DNA of 64,000 nucleotides from Phoronis australis (taxonomy: Eukaryota > Animalia > Phoronida), in NCBI GenBank assembly GCA_002633005.1, contig NMRA01000389.1, positions 338,597 through 402,596 on the forward strand, in the 5' to 3' direction. This document shows, piece by piece, positions 25,601 to 40,600 of this stretch. The notes under the pieces were generated by a model. That model was not told the origin of the DNA. It ran no database searches and worked only from the letters and a program-made list of their open reading frames with translations. Within the stretch, counting starts at the first letter, position 1. Each line of letters begins with the position of its first letter. The translations under genes and the position numbers were made by a program.

Positions 25601-28600
25601 TATCATAATTATGTTAATTTGAAATAGTGCTGAGGATAAATAAAGCCAATTATATGATTGGTGAAATTACCCTTGTTAACTACTAATTGATCAATAAATC
25701 AATTCAATAAATTGTCACAATGTCTCCCTGTTATGGCAACATTGACAAAGTCAAGAGATTTTGTTTCAATATATGTGCACACATGTTACACCCTTTACGA
25801 GTGAATAATTTTGATTATAACTAAAATGATGTTCCTCCATTATTTTCCACCAAAAAATGGACTTTCATTGAAGTGTTTTTGATTTTCAGATTTGGTTTTG
25901 ACACAAAACGTATAAATCAGATCACAAAACAAATACTAACTTTCACCATCGATCATTAGTTTATTTTTGATATCCTGAAAATAATGTATGATATCCTGAA
26001 AATAACGTAATTATTTGGGCTCCTTTTTTGTCATTATCGTGTTGTGCAAAAGAATGTAACAACCTAGATTTCAGTCAATAATTTCATCAATATTGATTCA
26101 AGATTGTTCATCTGATTTCTTAACAGTCCCACAAGTGAGTCCCAAGTCCAAAACCTAATACAATAGCAAGAGAACCCCACCCCCTAAGCATTGAGAAGCA
26201 CTGGCCAAGTACACCACATACAGCACAGATACACGAGATGATCATTACTGTTAAACATTCCTACTAAACACACACTAATAACACAGCAATGCTAGTAAAC
26301 TTAATAACAGCACCTCAGAAATGCTCCCCAACAGAAACATAGGCCAAATTTCATGAAGATCACTTAAGGAACTTATATTGAGCAACAGGCAAAAAATAAA
26401 ATTGCCACCAGAAGGCAGGCAAAAAAAAACTGCCAGAAGGGGCACAACATGACCACGGTAGTCAAAGCCATCCGATAATCCTTGTCGGCTGTGTTCTTCC
26501 CAGAGGGAACATATACGCCAATTTTCATGATGATCCTTAAACTAGTTAGTCATATAGAGAGAGATGGACACCAAAAACTAGACTTGACAATAATGAAAGT
26601 GGCCACTAGGTGGCATAAAACACATTGAATCTATCCGAAAAAAGTGATATCATCTCTTTAATAGAAACTTATTTGCCAATTTTCCTTAAAATCTGTCAAG
26701 GAACTCCGAAGATACAGAGGAAAACAAAAAAATGCTACTGGTCGGATTCGTCCGAAAGTTTCCGCAATCAGCTGTCACTTTCACAGACCAAATATAACAA
26801 ACTTCCTGCAAGTTGTCCCAGATTAAAATTAGCAAGGCATAAAAATAGCCGCCTGATCATTGTGCGGCGGAGTTTTCATCGGTAAATCTTTGCTGAAAGT
26901 TTATAGAGCAGTAAAACTACTTTTCAGGAAAGACGCTTTGGATCAATGTTTTAAGTAGCCCACACGAACAAGAACAATTAAATTTGCCATCATGCATGCC
27001 AATTTACTCTACTAGGAGACTGCACACCAAAAGTGAAATACGGCCGAAACCATTGTATACCGACTGCCTCTATTTTCCCGTAATTCACGGAGTATTGAAT
27101 GGCTTTATTTACATATATATGGGATAAATAAGAACACATAGCATAGCCTAAAAATCTGAAACTGACTGAAGAATGATGGATTGAATTCCTCTATGAGTTT
27201 ACGCAGTTTAAAAACTTCTACTAGCAATCAGTTTCAACGATAGCCATTCTGAAAGCCTGGGTGGAACTATTACTTAGTACTTTGCTTGTAGTAGGGCCAG
27301 TCTCAAATTGAACTCTCCTGATTTGCACAGTATCAAAAGTGAAAGTATCCTCACGCTAAAATCTCACCACTTTTGGACAAAAATAATAGCCAAAACTGCC
27401 GTTTTCTCATTTTTCAAGGTCTTCTTACATTGTTGTGAGCGCCCAGAACTTTTTACAATTCTGTGCGATGGTAGATATCATACAAAACTTGAACACGTTA
27501 AATTACTGATTTGGTGCAATACATTTTATATGAAAAAAACGAGAAAATAAAATTTCAGCTGTCTGCCATATTGTATCCTAAATTGGTGAGAATTTATCGT
27601 AAAACAGTTGTTGAAATGACAGGCTAATATGTTGTACATCATTCCAGGTTATTTGTTCAGCTTGTCAATTTTTTACAAAGCCTCCAGTAGCCGTTAAAGC
27701 TACAGATGTAATACAAACAGCAACTAGCAGAACAATGTGTAAACGTCATGTGACAGGCCCAATACATAAGTTACACTGTGAGTAAACAATGCACAATAGC
27801 GAATTGCCTCCCACATTATTTACCCAATACTTTGAGCATCAAAAAGTGCTTTCGTCCCACAGGTGACACACTAATTATCATTTTAAAGAACTAATTACAT
27901 TGACAGTGGTCATCACAATGCTAGTCAAGTTTTAGTGTTGTGCAATAAGTCGCAATTGTGGCAAGGAAAAATTGAAAAGTTACACGTACCCTTCTTTTTG
28001 ACTTCAGCTGCAGAAAAGTTTAATGGTCTAGCCGACCAAAAAGTAATCTAATCATGCCATGTGTTTTTGTACTTTCGTGAAAGAGGAGAGCTGAATTCAG
28101 GATATGACTATTCAAAGTAGGGATTGTATTAGGCATAAGAAGGGAAATGCAGAGGACTACAGAAATGAAAGAACTACTTACCCAACCAATTTCTGTTGAG
28201 ATATATAGAGACAAATGAAGGTGGAATAGTGAAGTAATCCACAAAGGAGTAGACCTCCACTAAGAACCATAGTTTATCTTGGGCAGCAACAAACTGGAAA
28301 AACAAAAGTTGAGGATTGTCAAGTCAAAAAAGACATCAGTTGAAAGTGGTTTGTGTGCAGTCCTGTGTTACAGTGAGGGTCCAAGAATTGATTGATTGTT
28401 GTCACACATAGCCTTGACCTGAAGAACATAGTGTTTATAAACAGCACAGTGGTAACAATGTCAAGGTAATTCCACAATATTTCTGAACGTCATTATTTTG
28501 AACATACCACATATGCAAAAATACCAGCTTTCGCAACACATTTCCAGTAGAAACAACACATTGGAATCAGTTGAACTGTTTGGGCAAATCTCCTTTTAAC

Positions 28601-31600
28601 AGGGTTGATTCGCAAGAAGCTTAGCCCACTTATTTGATGATCAATGGTTATAGCAACTGGGTCTCGGCTTTTTTGATTTACCTTTGAACAATCGAAATAT
28701 CAGCCTAAATCGAAGATTTGGGAAACTTTTAAAAAGGGGCTTTGGGATTTGATGGCTGATACATGTATCTCTATTATTAATGGGTTTGACCAACCCTAAG
28801 ATTACGAATTCAAAAATTTCACATTGCCTATGACTTAAGCTGCCGGCCCATTGACAAAAATTCAAGATTGGGTAAGCTTGGTAATGTTTTAAACACTAAA
28901 GTGCTTCAGTTAAAAATTCAACATTGAGCTTAACAGTGGTGAAATGCAGTTTTAAGCCATAGGCTTCAATAGTTACTTAGCATAATACAGTCATATCCTA
29001 ATTCACTACAAACAAAAAATTTTTTTATTGACATCGTCAGATATGAAACCAAAAAACTTCAACCCTGGACTTGGCTATTGCACGAGGCCGTCGAAGAGTG
29101 TACGATATAACCAAAGGCCCAAAATAGCACAATTGGTTCTGGTCTGTTCTTCTTCCAGAATTGATGCAGTGATGCCCTATTTTTCAATAGTACATTTTTT
29201 TTCAAAAAGTCATCGATATAGGCTGTGGTGGTACCGTGGAGGCTGACAGCACCACTTGCCTTTGAAAAACCTGTCTTAATTAATCAAGGTCACAAAAGGG
29301 GATATTGTCGCTAAGCTGCCCAAAAATGCCATATTATATGTTTTCAAAACTTTTGAAAATAAGAACTTTGTTGAAAGTGATGCAGGTATGTGCTTTTTTG
29401 ATTTAAACAGTATGGTGAACATTCCAAAACGAATAAAACGGTGAGGTCACCAGAACCAATTAGTTTCGGCCTAACACCGAATTTTCAATCTGTTGTGGCG
29501 TCACATATCAGTGACTCAAAAACATAAAACTCAAATGTGTTTAATAACAGATTTCATAAGCTGGATGGAAAATCAATAAAACCCTTTAAGCAGATTGTCA
29601 TTGACTACATGTATTCAGCTGCCATCTCAAGGTTCACCAGTTTATATCATTGCAAGGAGTTGTGTGAGGTAAAAACTCCATTGCTGTTCAGTCAGATGAC
29701 ATCCTGATACTAAATTGTGGCCTAGATATTGACCCAGCTATGGACAGCAGAATCCTCATAGTGCAATCCTTTTTACAAATCATACCACAAACTAATTTTG
29801 GAATTCAACACAAACTCCAGTAATTTCAATAGGCCAGACTAGACATTTTTGACCACCATCAGCTATGTAACAAGGACTTGTAATGTCATTGCAAAGACTC
29901 AACAGGTTGCAGACGTAATCTGAAGTCAATCCCTTTTCTCTAGTACAACAGTTAACTGTTTCCGCTGGTCAAATTTTAAAATTTATTGAATGCTAGAATC
30001 ACCGTCGTCACTATTTCATGCTTATTGCTTAGTAACGATCAAATTGCTTAACAGCTTTTGACAGGACTTAGCCTTTGTCCAAAAAAACCCAGCAATATAG
30101 AGAGTCATCATCAAGACAATACACCGTGAAATTTCTCCAATTTTTGACAAATGTGGCCAAAATTGACCCACCATTTTCCAAAATTTGTCTAGTGATAGTT
30201 GTGGTATAAAACTAAGTCATTCTAATCATGAACAATGAAAACATTTCCTTTGTCCGCCGTATCCGTCTTAAATTTACAAGACTTTACTGTATATAACTGA
30301 TATTTTGTGTTGCATTTTAATGGATATACGTGGACAACATGTTATAACCTCCATAGTAATATCTGGGTACTCACCCGTATAAAAAAATAGATGAGGAAAA
30401 ATATGTTGAAAGCTAAATCTACTTGTTGAGTTGTGTTTTGAGACCAGTCCTGACATTTTTCTACCACAGTGCTGAAAATAGAAATAACGTATAAAATCAC
30501 AAATTTGACCAGGCGTCACAGGCAGAACATCCAGAGCTGCAACCTACACCAACAGCTACGGTGGCACCTCGATGATTTGATGCGGGTTTACTCAAATGGT
30601 GGCACTGTTAGCAGTGTTAGCAGCAAAAATGTGCGCTGTACAAAAAGTGAACACATCGCAAACGTACAATTGCAAATAGGATGTGCAATGCCGTTGGGAC
30701 TTGCCTGATAACTGCTGATGCACATGGCCTGTGGCATTTGTGCCGAACAACATGGCACAAGAGGGGAAGAGGCACACATAATACAGCAAAATCCAGAAGA
30801 ATTCCGACAAAATGACCTGGAATTCCCTGTTATGACGGCTGGATGAAAGCTCAATTCACCATCTGAATAGTCGTCGGTCATGACTGAGAATGAGAGGGAA
30901 GTAACAAGAAAGTTAGTATTGTGTAATTAGAGATTTCTGTCCAAATAATTATTTTTGTCATTTTTGCTGTTGGCAGAACTAGCCGCCATGACGGTGAAAT
31001 GATACTTTGTCCGATTACTTTTGTCTTGTACTGTATCTACTGAAGAAACTAAAGTTCACACAGGGAATGTAGTACTAGTTGGATTCGTACAACTGAAAAT
31101 CTATAATAGTGAGTAATTTTATATTAGTAGTTTCCAACATCCCATCTAAAATGCTACATCAAGAACAACAGGACCTTTATTTGATAACAATCTTCAGCTA
31201 GGCAACACCAATCAATATACATATACAGAATTTTACTTTTTTGTTTCTGATAGAACAAATAATGATAAAACCAACTGTGTTATATGAATGGCTGATTCTA
31301 TTGTCATTACATTGTATTTACTACTCACTCAAAAGGTACATTACTTTTCAAGCACATCCTATCAGTAATTGGTGAATTATTTGCAAATGCTCAATTTAGA
31401 CTTCCTGAGTGGCAGACGATCGAATGGAATGAATTGGTCAAGAATGGGGGAGGATATATTTTGAATAACAGCTTTGAGGATTTTAGTACCTGACCATCAA
31501 GGTTGCTTAGCGTTAGTTATTGTGTACAGATATTATTGGCAAGATTTTTCTTTTTCTTTTTCCAGTGCTACCTTGTACCAAATATTCAAAACATTATGAA

Positions 31601-34600
31601 GCGTGCAACAGGTGAAGAATCTGTATCCATTACTCAAGGCAGCTTTATACACTTGTTTATACCCATGACTAGTGGGACTCATTCATGTTGTTATAAACCA
31701 AAAATTCCTCTTGAAAAATGAGACCACCTGATACCAACATGTCTTCTTAAAAAACCCACCGTCCATTCTAGAACGCACATTACAAATTTCCAAACTGAGC
31801 ACGGCAAGTGGGACAAAGCCGCCATCTTGCTGCATACGCCTATAGCCTTGCACATAGAAAACCTTTACTATGTCTTATAAATCTCCAACAGATTCCCACT
31901 GAGCAGTACAGGTTAGTGCCATGATAACATCAGTGAAAGTGGAACAAAAAACAACCCCACCTTACTTCCCTTGCTTGTGATCTCGCGTTACCGTTTATTC
32001 TGCTCAGTATATTAACAGACAGAACTCTCATGACCGGTCAAAGTAAAAGTCAAGGATTTTGAAGCATAAACGATCGTTAATTATCAGTTTCAGGCATCAT
32101 CTGTGGAAAGTCATGTCGGATCAGAAGAGTGGGAGGGATTTAGAACTATTACAACCGCAATTGCCAATCCCAGTAGCCTGAATTGAACTTACCTGGCAGC
32201 ATCGATGAAGTAGATAATCAGAGAGGCAACACTCAATAGGAATACAAACACCACCTGCAAAGAAACAGGAACAGATTACTACGTCTCATAACAATTCACA
32301 CAACTTGTGCCTCATTTTCCCATCACTACAGTATTCCTTCTTCCACAGAGCATTACACCATCCCTGAGTCAAAGCACAGAAGATGGTGATGAAGATGGTG
32401 GCAATAAAGATGGAAGTAGCCGTGGTAATGACAATAGTGGTAACACCATGTTACCAAGGTGATGATGATGGTGATGATGACGATGACGGAGTTCTAAAAA
32501 AAATCCTTAAAAGAAAAAACGCGCTGCCTTGGTACTATAAAAAATCATGGTAAAACAGGGAGTACAAAAAGTGTTGTATTATGAAAAGAGATATCAGTTA
32601 ATTCTAAGGTTACATAGGACTAGCTAGCTTTTAGCCAAATATCTAGAATTTAAACAAAATTAGCTCTTTAAAACCATATATTTTTCTGAAAATCGAAAGC
32701 CTGTTGGCTTCGATTTGTGACTTTACACCAATCTGTCAATTGGGTAACCACGGTAAAATTTAGCAAAAAGAAATGTGCAATCAAGTATAGCAAAACAAAA
32801 CAAAAGGATCAATCACATAACCAAATATCATTTGATATAAATGTTCAAGATGAAATCTTGAAAAATGCCATTAGTTTTCTAAAATATCAGTTTGTTTTTG
32901 TTTCATGCAACTTTTGATTTTTTTGTAAAAAACATGTAACTAAGTGCATTTTTTGATAGCACCTAATTCAAACGTGGAACATTTTAAAGAAGCATGGAAT
33001 GCGAAAGCTTGTTGAAAATATCTTTTAAACAATTCCTGATGAAAGTACCATCCAGCAACGTCTAGTAAAGAGGAATTCACTGTCCCCTGTGAGGAAATTT
33101 CTAGAAAAAATCCCAAATTTCACAATTATTGAAATAAGTGCAAACAAAAAACTCTGTGGTTACCAGTTTAGTCAGTTACTTGAAGTCGCTTGAGGTCAAA
33201 GGTCACATTTACATATATGCCTTTCCTGGTGAGCAGGGTGAATTCTGTTTCAGTGGCAGAGAAGCACATTCAATATTACAATTTAGTCTGTTTATTGCGT
33301 TCCAGGCCTCTTCAAAAACAATTCTTATCCACGTTTTGGTGAACAGCACTAAATGCATAGTGCAGTCATGTACCAAGAATTCCTTACTGCAGAAAAACCG
33401 CATTTTTGACCCAGGCATTGGAACAGGAACCAGACAGCGTCATACCATGCATGGGTTAACATCAGTGGTTTTACATTGCAGACACAATGGCAATGTTAAT
33501 TGAGTAAACAAAACTGGTGATAACTCTCATGAATAAACTTCCCAGTATTAGTCCAGTAGAATTCAGAATTCTGGGTAAATCGGGTGGATGTCACTGCGCA
33601 ATAACTTTTTCAATTAAAATTTTAGCCAAAAAAAATTATGGACTTCCACTAAATTTTACATGGGAACCGCACTAATGATTTACTTCAATAATTGCTGGTA
33701 ACATCTACATTTCTCTTCCTGAATATGTTATAGCAGCCAATATTTTTTCCCTCAACCATTTGCCATTTCATTATGTCAGATTACAAACATTTTTATAGCA
33801 AAAAAATAAAACTAAATATAGAAGCGACAACTTTTTACTTCAAGCCAATTTGTTTATTCCTGATTGTCTTAAATGATTAAACAAAACCAAGGCAACTCAT
33901 TTCTATACACACGAACAGATCAATGCCCAATGAATAATATATGACCTTCCCTAACACATACACTAATTTGTTGCTTGTAAGCTGACCTTGCACTCCTTAG
34001 GGATCCAGAAGACTCCCAAGTTTCTACAGGGTTTCCTTCACCTAGGACAACTAAATAATGGACTGGAAACCCTCAGTTAGCTGATTACAGTGAAATCTCA
34101 CCAACTTAGTACAAAATATGGCCAACTAGTGAAATTTCACATCCTCATTTTTTCTGTAAAGATATGTCACATTAACTCCATGTTTTATCACATTCAAGTT
34201 TTGTACCACAGCTACTGTCAGACAATATCTTTAAAAAAAAACTGTGGACATTCAAAATGTCAGACGCTCTTGAAAAATGAAAAAGGTGCTATTTCGGGCA
34301 TGATTTTGTCCGAAATTGTTGAGATTTTGACCGTATTTCATTTTGCAAGCCACACATACTCATCACATGCTGTGCCCAATCTTGGTTATAGACTGAAATT
34401 CACAGTTGAATTGTATTGTTGAATTTCACTGATCAGATGAATTTCACAGCAGAATTAATGTATTTCACTGAATCTATATTACTACAAACTTCGATGAATT
34501 TCACTAGACTTCACAACTGACTCGATTTCAAACGAATTCGAATTCATCGTACCTATTTCATTAGAATTCTGAGCAGAATGATATCTGACAAATGTCACAG

Positions 34601-37600
34601 TAAAATGATTGTTATTACTTCTTAGATGAAGTATCTTTCAAGGAACTTGGGCTTTATGTCAAGTGGGGTGCTTTATGTCAAGTGGGGTGCATTATGTCAA
34701 GTGGGTTGCATTATGTCAAGTGGGGTGTATTAAAGACACCATTGTGGTTGATTACAGAATCCACTCAAGTTTTAGAGCTAATAAATCGCGGCATGCCATA
34801 TATATACTTGCTCGAAATAAAGCTGGAATATTCAAAGACTAATGACAAGTAATCCGTATATCTAATACAACACTTATTCCGATAAAATGCCATCAACTTC
34901 CAACAAAAATAAGAATTACCCTGTCTTCATATTTCAGAGGCTTTTCACAATGTTGTGAAAGGCCATATCTTCTCACAATATAGTTTGATGCTACCGTATC
35001 TACAGTTCCAAACTAGAAAATAGTATAGCATTACTGATTGGTACTGTTTCTCATTTGCTAAAAAGGGAGAAACCATATTGGATCCTTAATTCATGAGATT
35101 TTACTGTAAAATGTAAGGATTTTACCCAAAATCATGGCACGGCATAATTAATATGAACTAAAACACTAGACTGGTACAATGTGGTCAAAACTGAAATGAG
35201 ACGGATTCACCAACTAACATACCATAATAAGTATCGTTCCAAAAATGCATGACAAGTTATGCATTAATAAAAATAACTGCTTTTGGACAGTCTAGGTACA
35301 GGTAAGGCTACCCCAGCTATAGAATAACTTGTGTGGCAGGCATATTTTTAGACGAGCATAATTAGCCTGCATACAGATTCTTAATGTATCACCAGCACTA
35401 TAGTCCATCTGAACAGTGTCAATAGCAAGCAAAAACAAATGACGGCTGTTGAATCCTGAACCAAACCACTCAAGTGGTAGCACTGGTGCAGTCAATGACA
35501 AAACCAGCGTAAGTTGATGTGAATTGGGTTCTTACGTGTGCCAAATAGAACAGTATCAAATGGAACAGGAACACGCATTCCTCACATCACCATGCATGGC
35601 CTCTGAAAATTGTAAATCAACTCAGAAGGCCACTCAAAACTTTTGCAATGGAAACCAGAAATAATTTTGCAAAAGATTTTATATCCTTTCCGCAGACAGG
35701 TTTAAAGTGGAACACAGGCTAATTCTTTATCTCTGTAATTTCTTGGCCAAATTAGTTTGAAACACAACATATAACGATGACGTGAGTTTTGTGGCAAAAA
35801 TGATCCATTGTAAATCACTGAACCATGTCTAGTAAGTATGTGACGTTGAGCTGAGGAATAACACTGCACAAGACGGGCTATGTGAGCCCCCAAGGTAGGT
35901 TGTTAGTGCAAAAATCACCTATTTGTAGAATGTTTTGTTCTCATATTTAGAAGATGTCAATGAATACAACTGCACTTTGTTCAGCGTAGATGGCGTTCAA
36001 ATAGCATTGTCGTTTGGTTCGTGTAATACATTTGCAGTCAGGAGTAGGCAAATGTATCGTTAAGATTTCTACAGGGAAATGGTGCCGAATATCCAAGAAA
36101 TTCACTATAGTTTCTCTGTTTCATGGAGATATTAGGCAAAAAGCTTTCTACTTTAACATAAAATATTGTCAAAAGTAGCCACCAATGAAATGTTTTTATG
36201 AATCCACATAGCGTGTAACATCGCGGTGAATAATATGTCGTTGATCGCATCAAAACTAATGCCAAACAACCATTTTTTGCTTTCGACAACTTCTTCTCTT
36301 TCTCATAAATTTCCCATTTTTGAGCCAATTCACAAAATATTGCCAATTTCCGCAACACGCTGCTTGGCAGTTTTTGGTGAACCGACTCAGTGTCGCCGCC
36401 TGGTGACCAGAAGTAATGGCAAGTTTCACAAGTGTCAGCCAGCACAACCAATCCACTATGGTCTTGTTAACCATACTTCATTTATCAAATTATAATAACT
36501 GAACTATAGCAGTGGACAATAGATATAGAGTGACATGGGCTTCTAACCCAGTCAGCCTATATCCTTTAATTAGTAAATTACCTCCCTCTGGACATCATAT
36601 CTATTGGATGATGTCAGTTTTCAAATGGATTGACACAACTATAATTTGAATGGTTTTGATATTACTTAGCTATCTCCAACACAGTGGCAAATACCCACTC
36701 CTGCAAATTAGTGACCAGAAACACTATCTAATGGTAGCTGAACCCACTATACTAGTATAATGACATATTGTGTGACCCCCGTGAACTACCATAAAGTCAC
36801 GGATTAACATCTATGCTCGGGTAATCACCCATCTCCCTGTCGTAGAGTTTCCTAGGGCTTTAACCTGCGAGTTTAGGGTAAATGTAAAATTATCATACAC
36901 CACTTACTATGCTGTGAAAAGAATGATGCCCCCTGTTGACAAATTCAACTAACTTCATTCCCTTGGCCCAAAAGCAAATTGAGGGAGCACAAGCAGTGGG
37001 GGCACCCCCTGCAAATATCACTGGCTTGGTAATATAAAGACTGTGGTCTAAGGTTTGTCCTTCAGATATTGTGGTTGGACTCCCCAGGCTGCCAGACCAA
37101 CTAGACCAGACTGTGTTCTCACAAGGTACTCATAGACTTTTGCAACACTTGGCTTCATGATGTAGTTACCGTAATTCTCCACTTAGTTGCACAAAAATAA
37201 TTACCTTTTTGCAAATGATAGGAGTTTCAACAAATGTTGTTTTATGACATCTACAAACTAGTATTCATGCTTGTAATAGACTAAAATGTTCTTAATAGTT
37301 ACTTTTGTGGAGAAATTTAATCAAATAAAATTTCACTTGTCGGACATGTTGTGTGCTAAATAAATGAAGAATAACTACACTAAATTTAGCACACACCACA
37401 ACTTACAACAAACCATTTCTTTCACTTTACCAGGGCTTGGAATTTTCCGCGGAAACACGGATTTCCGCTTTTTTCAAATTTCTGTCCGCGTATTTTATTA
37501 TATTTCCATGTAAAAAAAAAACGGATTTGATATAAAATTTCCGAGACAAATTTCTTTCTTACCGCGGCATTGCCGACTTTCACCTCGAAAAGCGAAAGTT

Positions 37601-40600
37601 GCTCTTTATGTTTCGGAGGAACGTAAATTGTCATCATTGCTGGGGCACCTGGGATAGCGTGGTTTTCTTTAATGGCGTCTCATGAGATTGTAAATCGCGG
37701 TGACAAATACTACGACTCTGCAGCCAAAAATGTGTGGAGGTGGGAGTGGACGGACAAGCTAAAAAAGACGCAGACGCTCACTTTTAGTCCTACCGATGTT
37801 TTGTCGGCAAAAGGTCCACATCGGCAAAAATTGGAGCCCCCCATTTTCAAGGCTGGGTGGGCGCATGTTTAGGGCCGTAAAAAGTTCCACTATTTTTGTC
37901 ATGGGTCATTCCAAGCCCTGCTTCACCCAACCTCCCTGTCAGGCAATGACTTAAAATCCTGTTTCACAGAAGTTGATGCAGATTTAGTATAAAATGAACA
38001 TTCCAACAAAATATCTCGCTAAGGGTGTGGAATTACATTGAGTAGGTTGGTCATATATAAATGGGCAAAACTCAATCAGTGATGTTTGAAATCAAACGAT
38101 TTGCATACTCGTAGCTGTTTTAATATAGAGAGAGTGGTATTGACTACCCGAGCAATAGTAATTTTCCTTTAACTTGAAACTTGCTCAGTTGCCAGATGGT
38201 GATGTAGTACTGTATGAACAAATGTGCAACGCCACCTACAATTTTCACTTAACTTGGACGGAAATTTCACAGCGTTTTTAATTTTTTTCCTATTACCATG
38301 CTGTCAAATTAGTTAGATGTTTAAATGATTCACATGAAAATATCCAACAATACACAAAGATGCATTCACAGATGACAGGGCTTGGAATGACCAATGACAA
38401 AAAACGCGGAAATTTTTACGGCCCAAAACATACGGGGTACCCAGCCTTGAAATAGTCCTTTCGCCGACAAAAATCGGTAGAACTAAAAAAAAAAACGTTA
38501 CCACCATCAGATCAGTAGCATGAGTCTGCGTCTTTTTATCTCGTCCATCCACTCCTCCACTCCCGTCCCCACACACTTTTGGCTGCAGAGCCGTAGTATT
38601 TGTCACCGCGGTTTACAATCAGACAAGACCCCATTGAAAGTCCCACCACACTATCCCAGATGCCCCGGCAATGTTGACAATTTACGTTCCTCCGAAACAT
38701 AAAGAGCAACTTCCGCTTTTCGAGGTGAATGTCGTCGGAAACGCCGCGGTAAGAAAGGAATTTGCCGCGGAAATTTTATATCAAATCCGATTTTTTTTAC
38801 GCGGAAATATAATAAAATGCGCGGACAGAACATTTGAAAAAAGCGGAAATCCGCGTTTCCGCGGAAAATTCCAAGCCCTGAGATGAACACTTGACAGGGA
38901 GCAGCTGACACAGAACAGCTGATCAGGAGCAAATATGTGTGGTAGACATGACAACAGGGAGCAAACTGACACTGCAGTGGTCATTTTTGTCACCGGTTTG
39001 AGAGGTAGGGCAAGTTGCTCCAACTATAAATAAAAACTGAGGGAAGGCAAAAGGGGTCATCTTTTATTGCACCTGCGCAACATTATTAACCTGAACATGC
39101 ACAAACAGTCTGTCTATAAGGCTTCTGTGCTGATCCAGTTTGTTATAATGTTGCGTAAATGAGACTGAAATGGAGAGACTCTCGCACTGTGACAACTTGC
39201 GCAGTGGCAAGTGTTCCTCAAGTGAAAACAGCTTCCATATTCAGGAGTGAAAGAAACTGTATTTTGCCTTCCTTTAACTGTACTGACTACAAGAATTTGA
39301 AATTAGGTTGAATTAAAACTAGCTTTTAATGCTCTCATAACTAAAGATTTCTAAACTGAATGGTTGCTATGAAGAATAGCCGACATTTGACACCAGTCAG
39401 ACCTTGTGAAACCAAACCTCTTTAATTACTAATTCAACAAAACTGGCTTCTTGTATATAAATTAAAAGTGACTACGGCCACAGCATCACGGTTGTACTAG
39501 AAGTACATGTATTTAAACATGACCCTGCACCATGTGTGAAACCTTTTGCACCTATTTGGAAATCTCTAAGCCATCTTTAAATCTTGAGTCTTGCTCATAA
39601 AAAGTCACATAATATTCTTTACCATGGTAGGGTTCCATTTCCATGCCAAAAAGGACATTAAAACCGTCATTGACACAAGGAAACACTACATAGGTTGTTA
39701 GGGCCGGTGCTTGAAATTGTGAACTTGAAAATAGTGCATGTATGTGTATTGCGTGTGACTCAAGTTGTTATTGGAAATAAAATCTTATCACTATCGCTTC
39801 CTTCTTTAGCCAGCTAATCAGGGCGAAATTGCAGATTTAAATAAATAAAAAGCTTTCAATTTCTTGGTTTTATTTTAAGACTTGAAAGCAAAGATATCCT
39901 CATGATATTAAAATTTAAGATTGAATACACATTTTTCATCATAATCACATTTACGGTTCTCCACAGTCAACTGAACACCACAACTAGATGCCGTATCAAG
40001 AACATGCACACCAAAATTTTTGTATTGTGTTCCGTCTCACAAATACAAGCTGTTTTCTCTATTTCTGGTGCAATTAGACACTCTTTCCACTTCTTAAAAA
40101 CTTCACAAAAGGAATTTGAACAGAAACCAACATAGTTAAAACTGCATTTATCTGCTTTTAACTAGCACTGTTGAATTCTTAACCAAAGTACTTAACCACA
40201 CTCATCTGATCTTGAACTATTACCAAATGAGCCGAAAACTCAAGTCTCAGGCAAAGTATACATGTATGCAAAATCATCAAATTCACAATTTTAGGGTTCA
40301 AAAACCCCAATAAACTTTGAAGGTTTTCTTTAGTTGCTTATGGTTTCGATGTTTTTGTTGGTAACAGGAACAGAATCCCATGACGGTAAGGAGTATCAAG
40401 ATACCAATTTTATGAGAGTAAAAGTCTTACTTCAATTTCATTTTAGCCAGCTAAACAGGGGAAATACAGCTTCAAAAATGTACTTTTCAAAACATGAATG
40501 TTTTCCAACAATGGCTATGAAATTTTGAATTTTCAAAATAATTTTTGAATTTCTGGTACTGCACTTATAAAATGGCTCCCAGAGTTGAACAGGATAGTAT

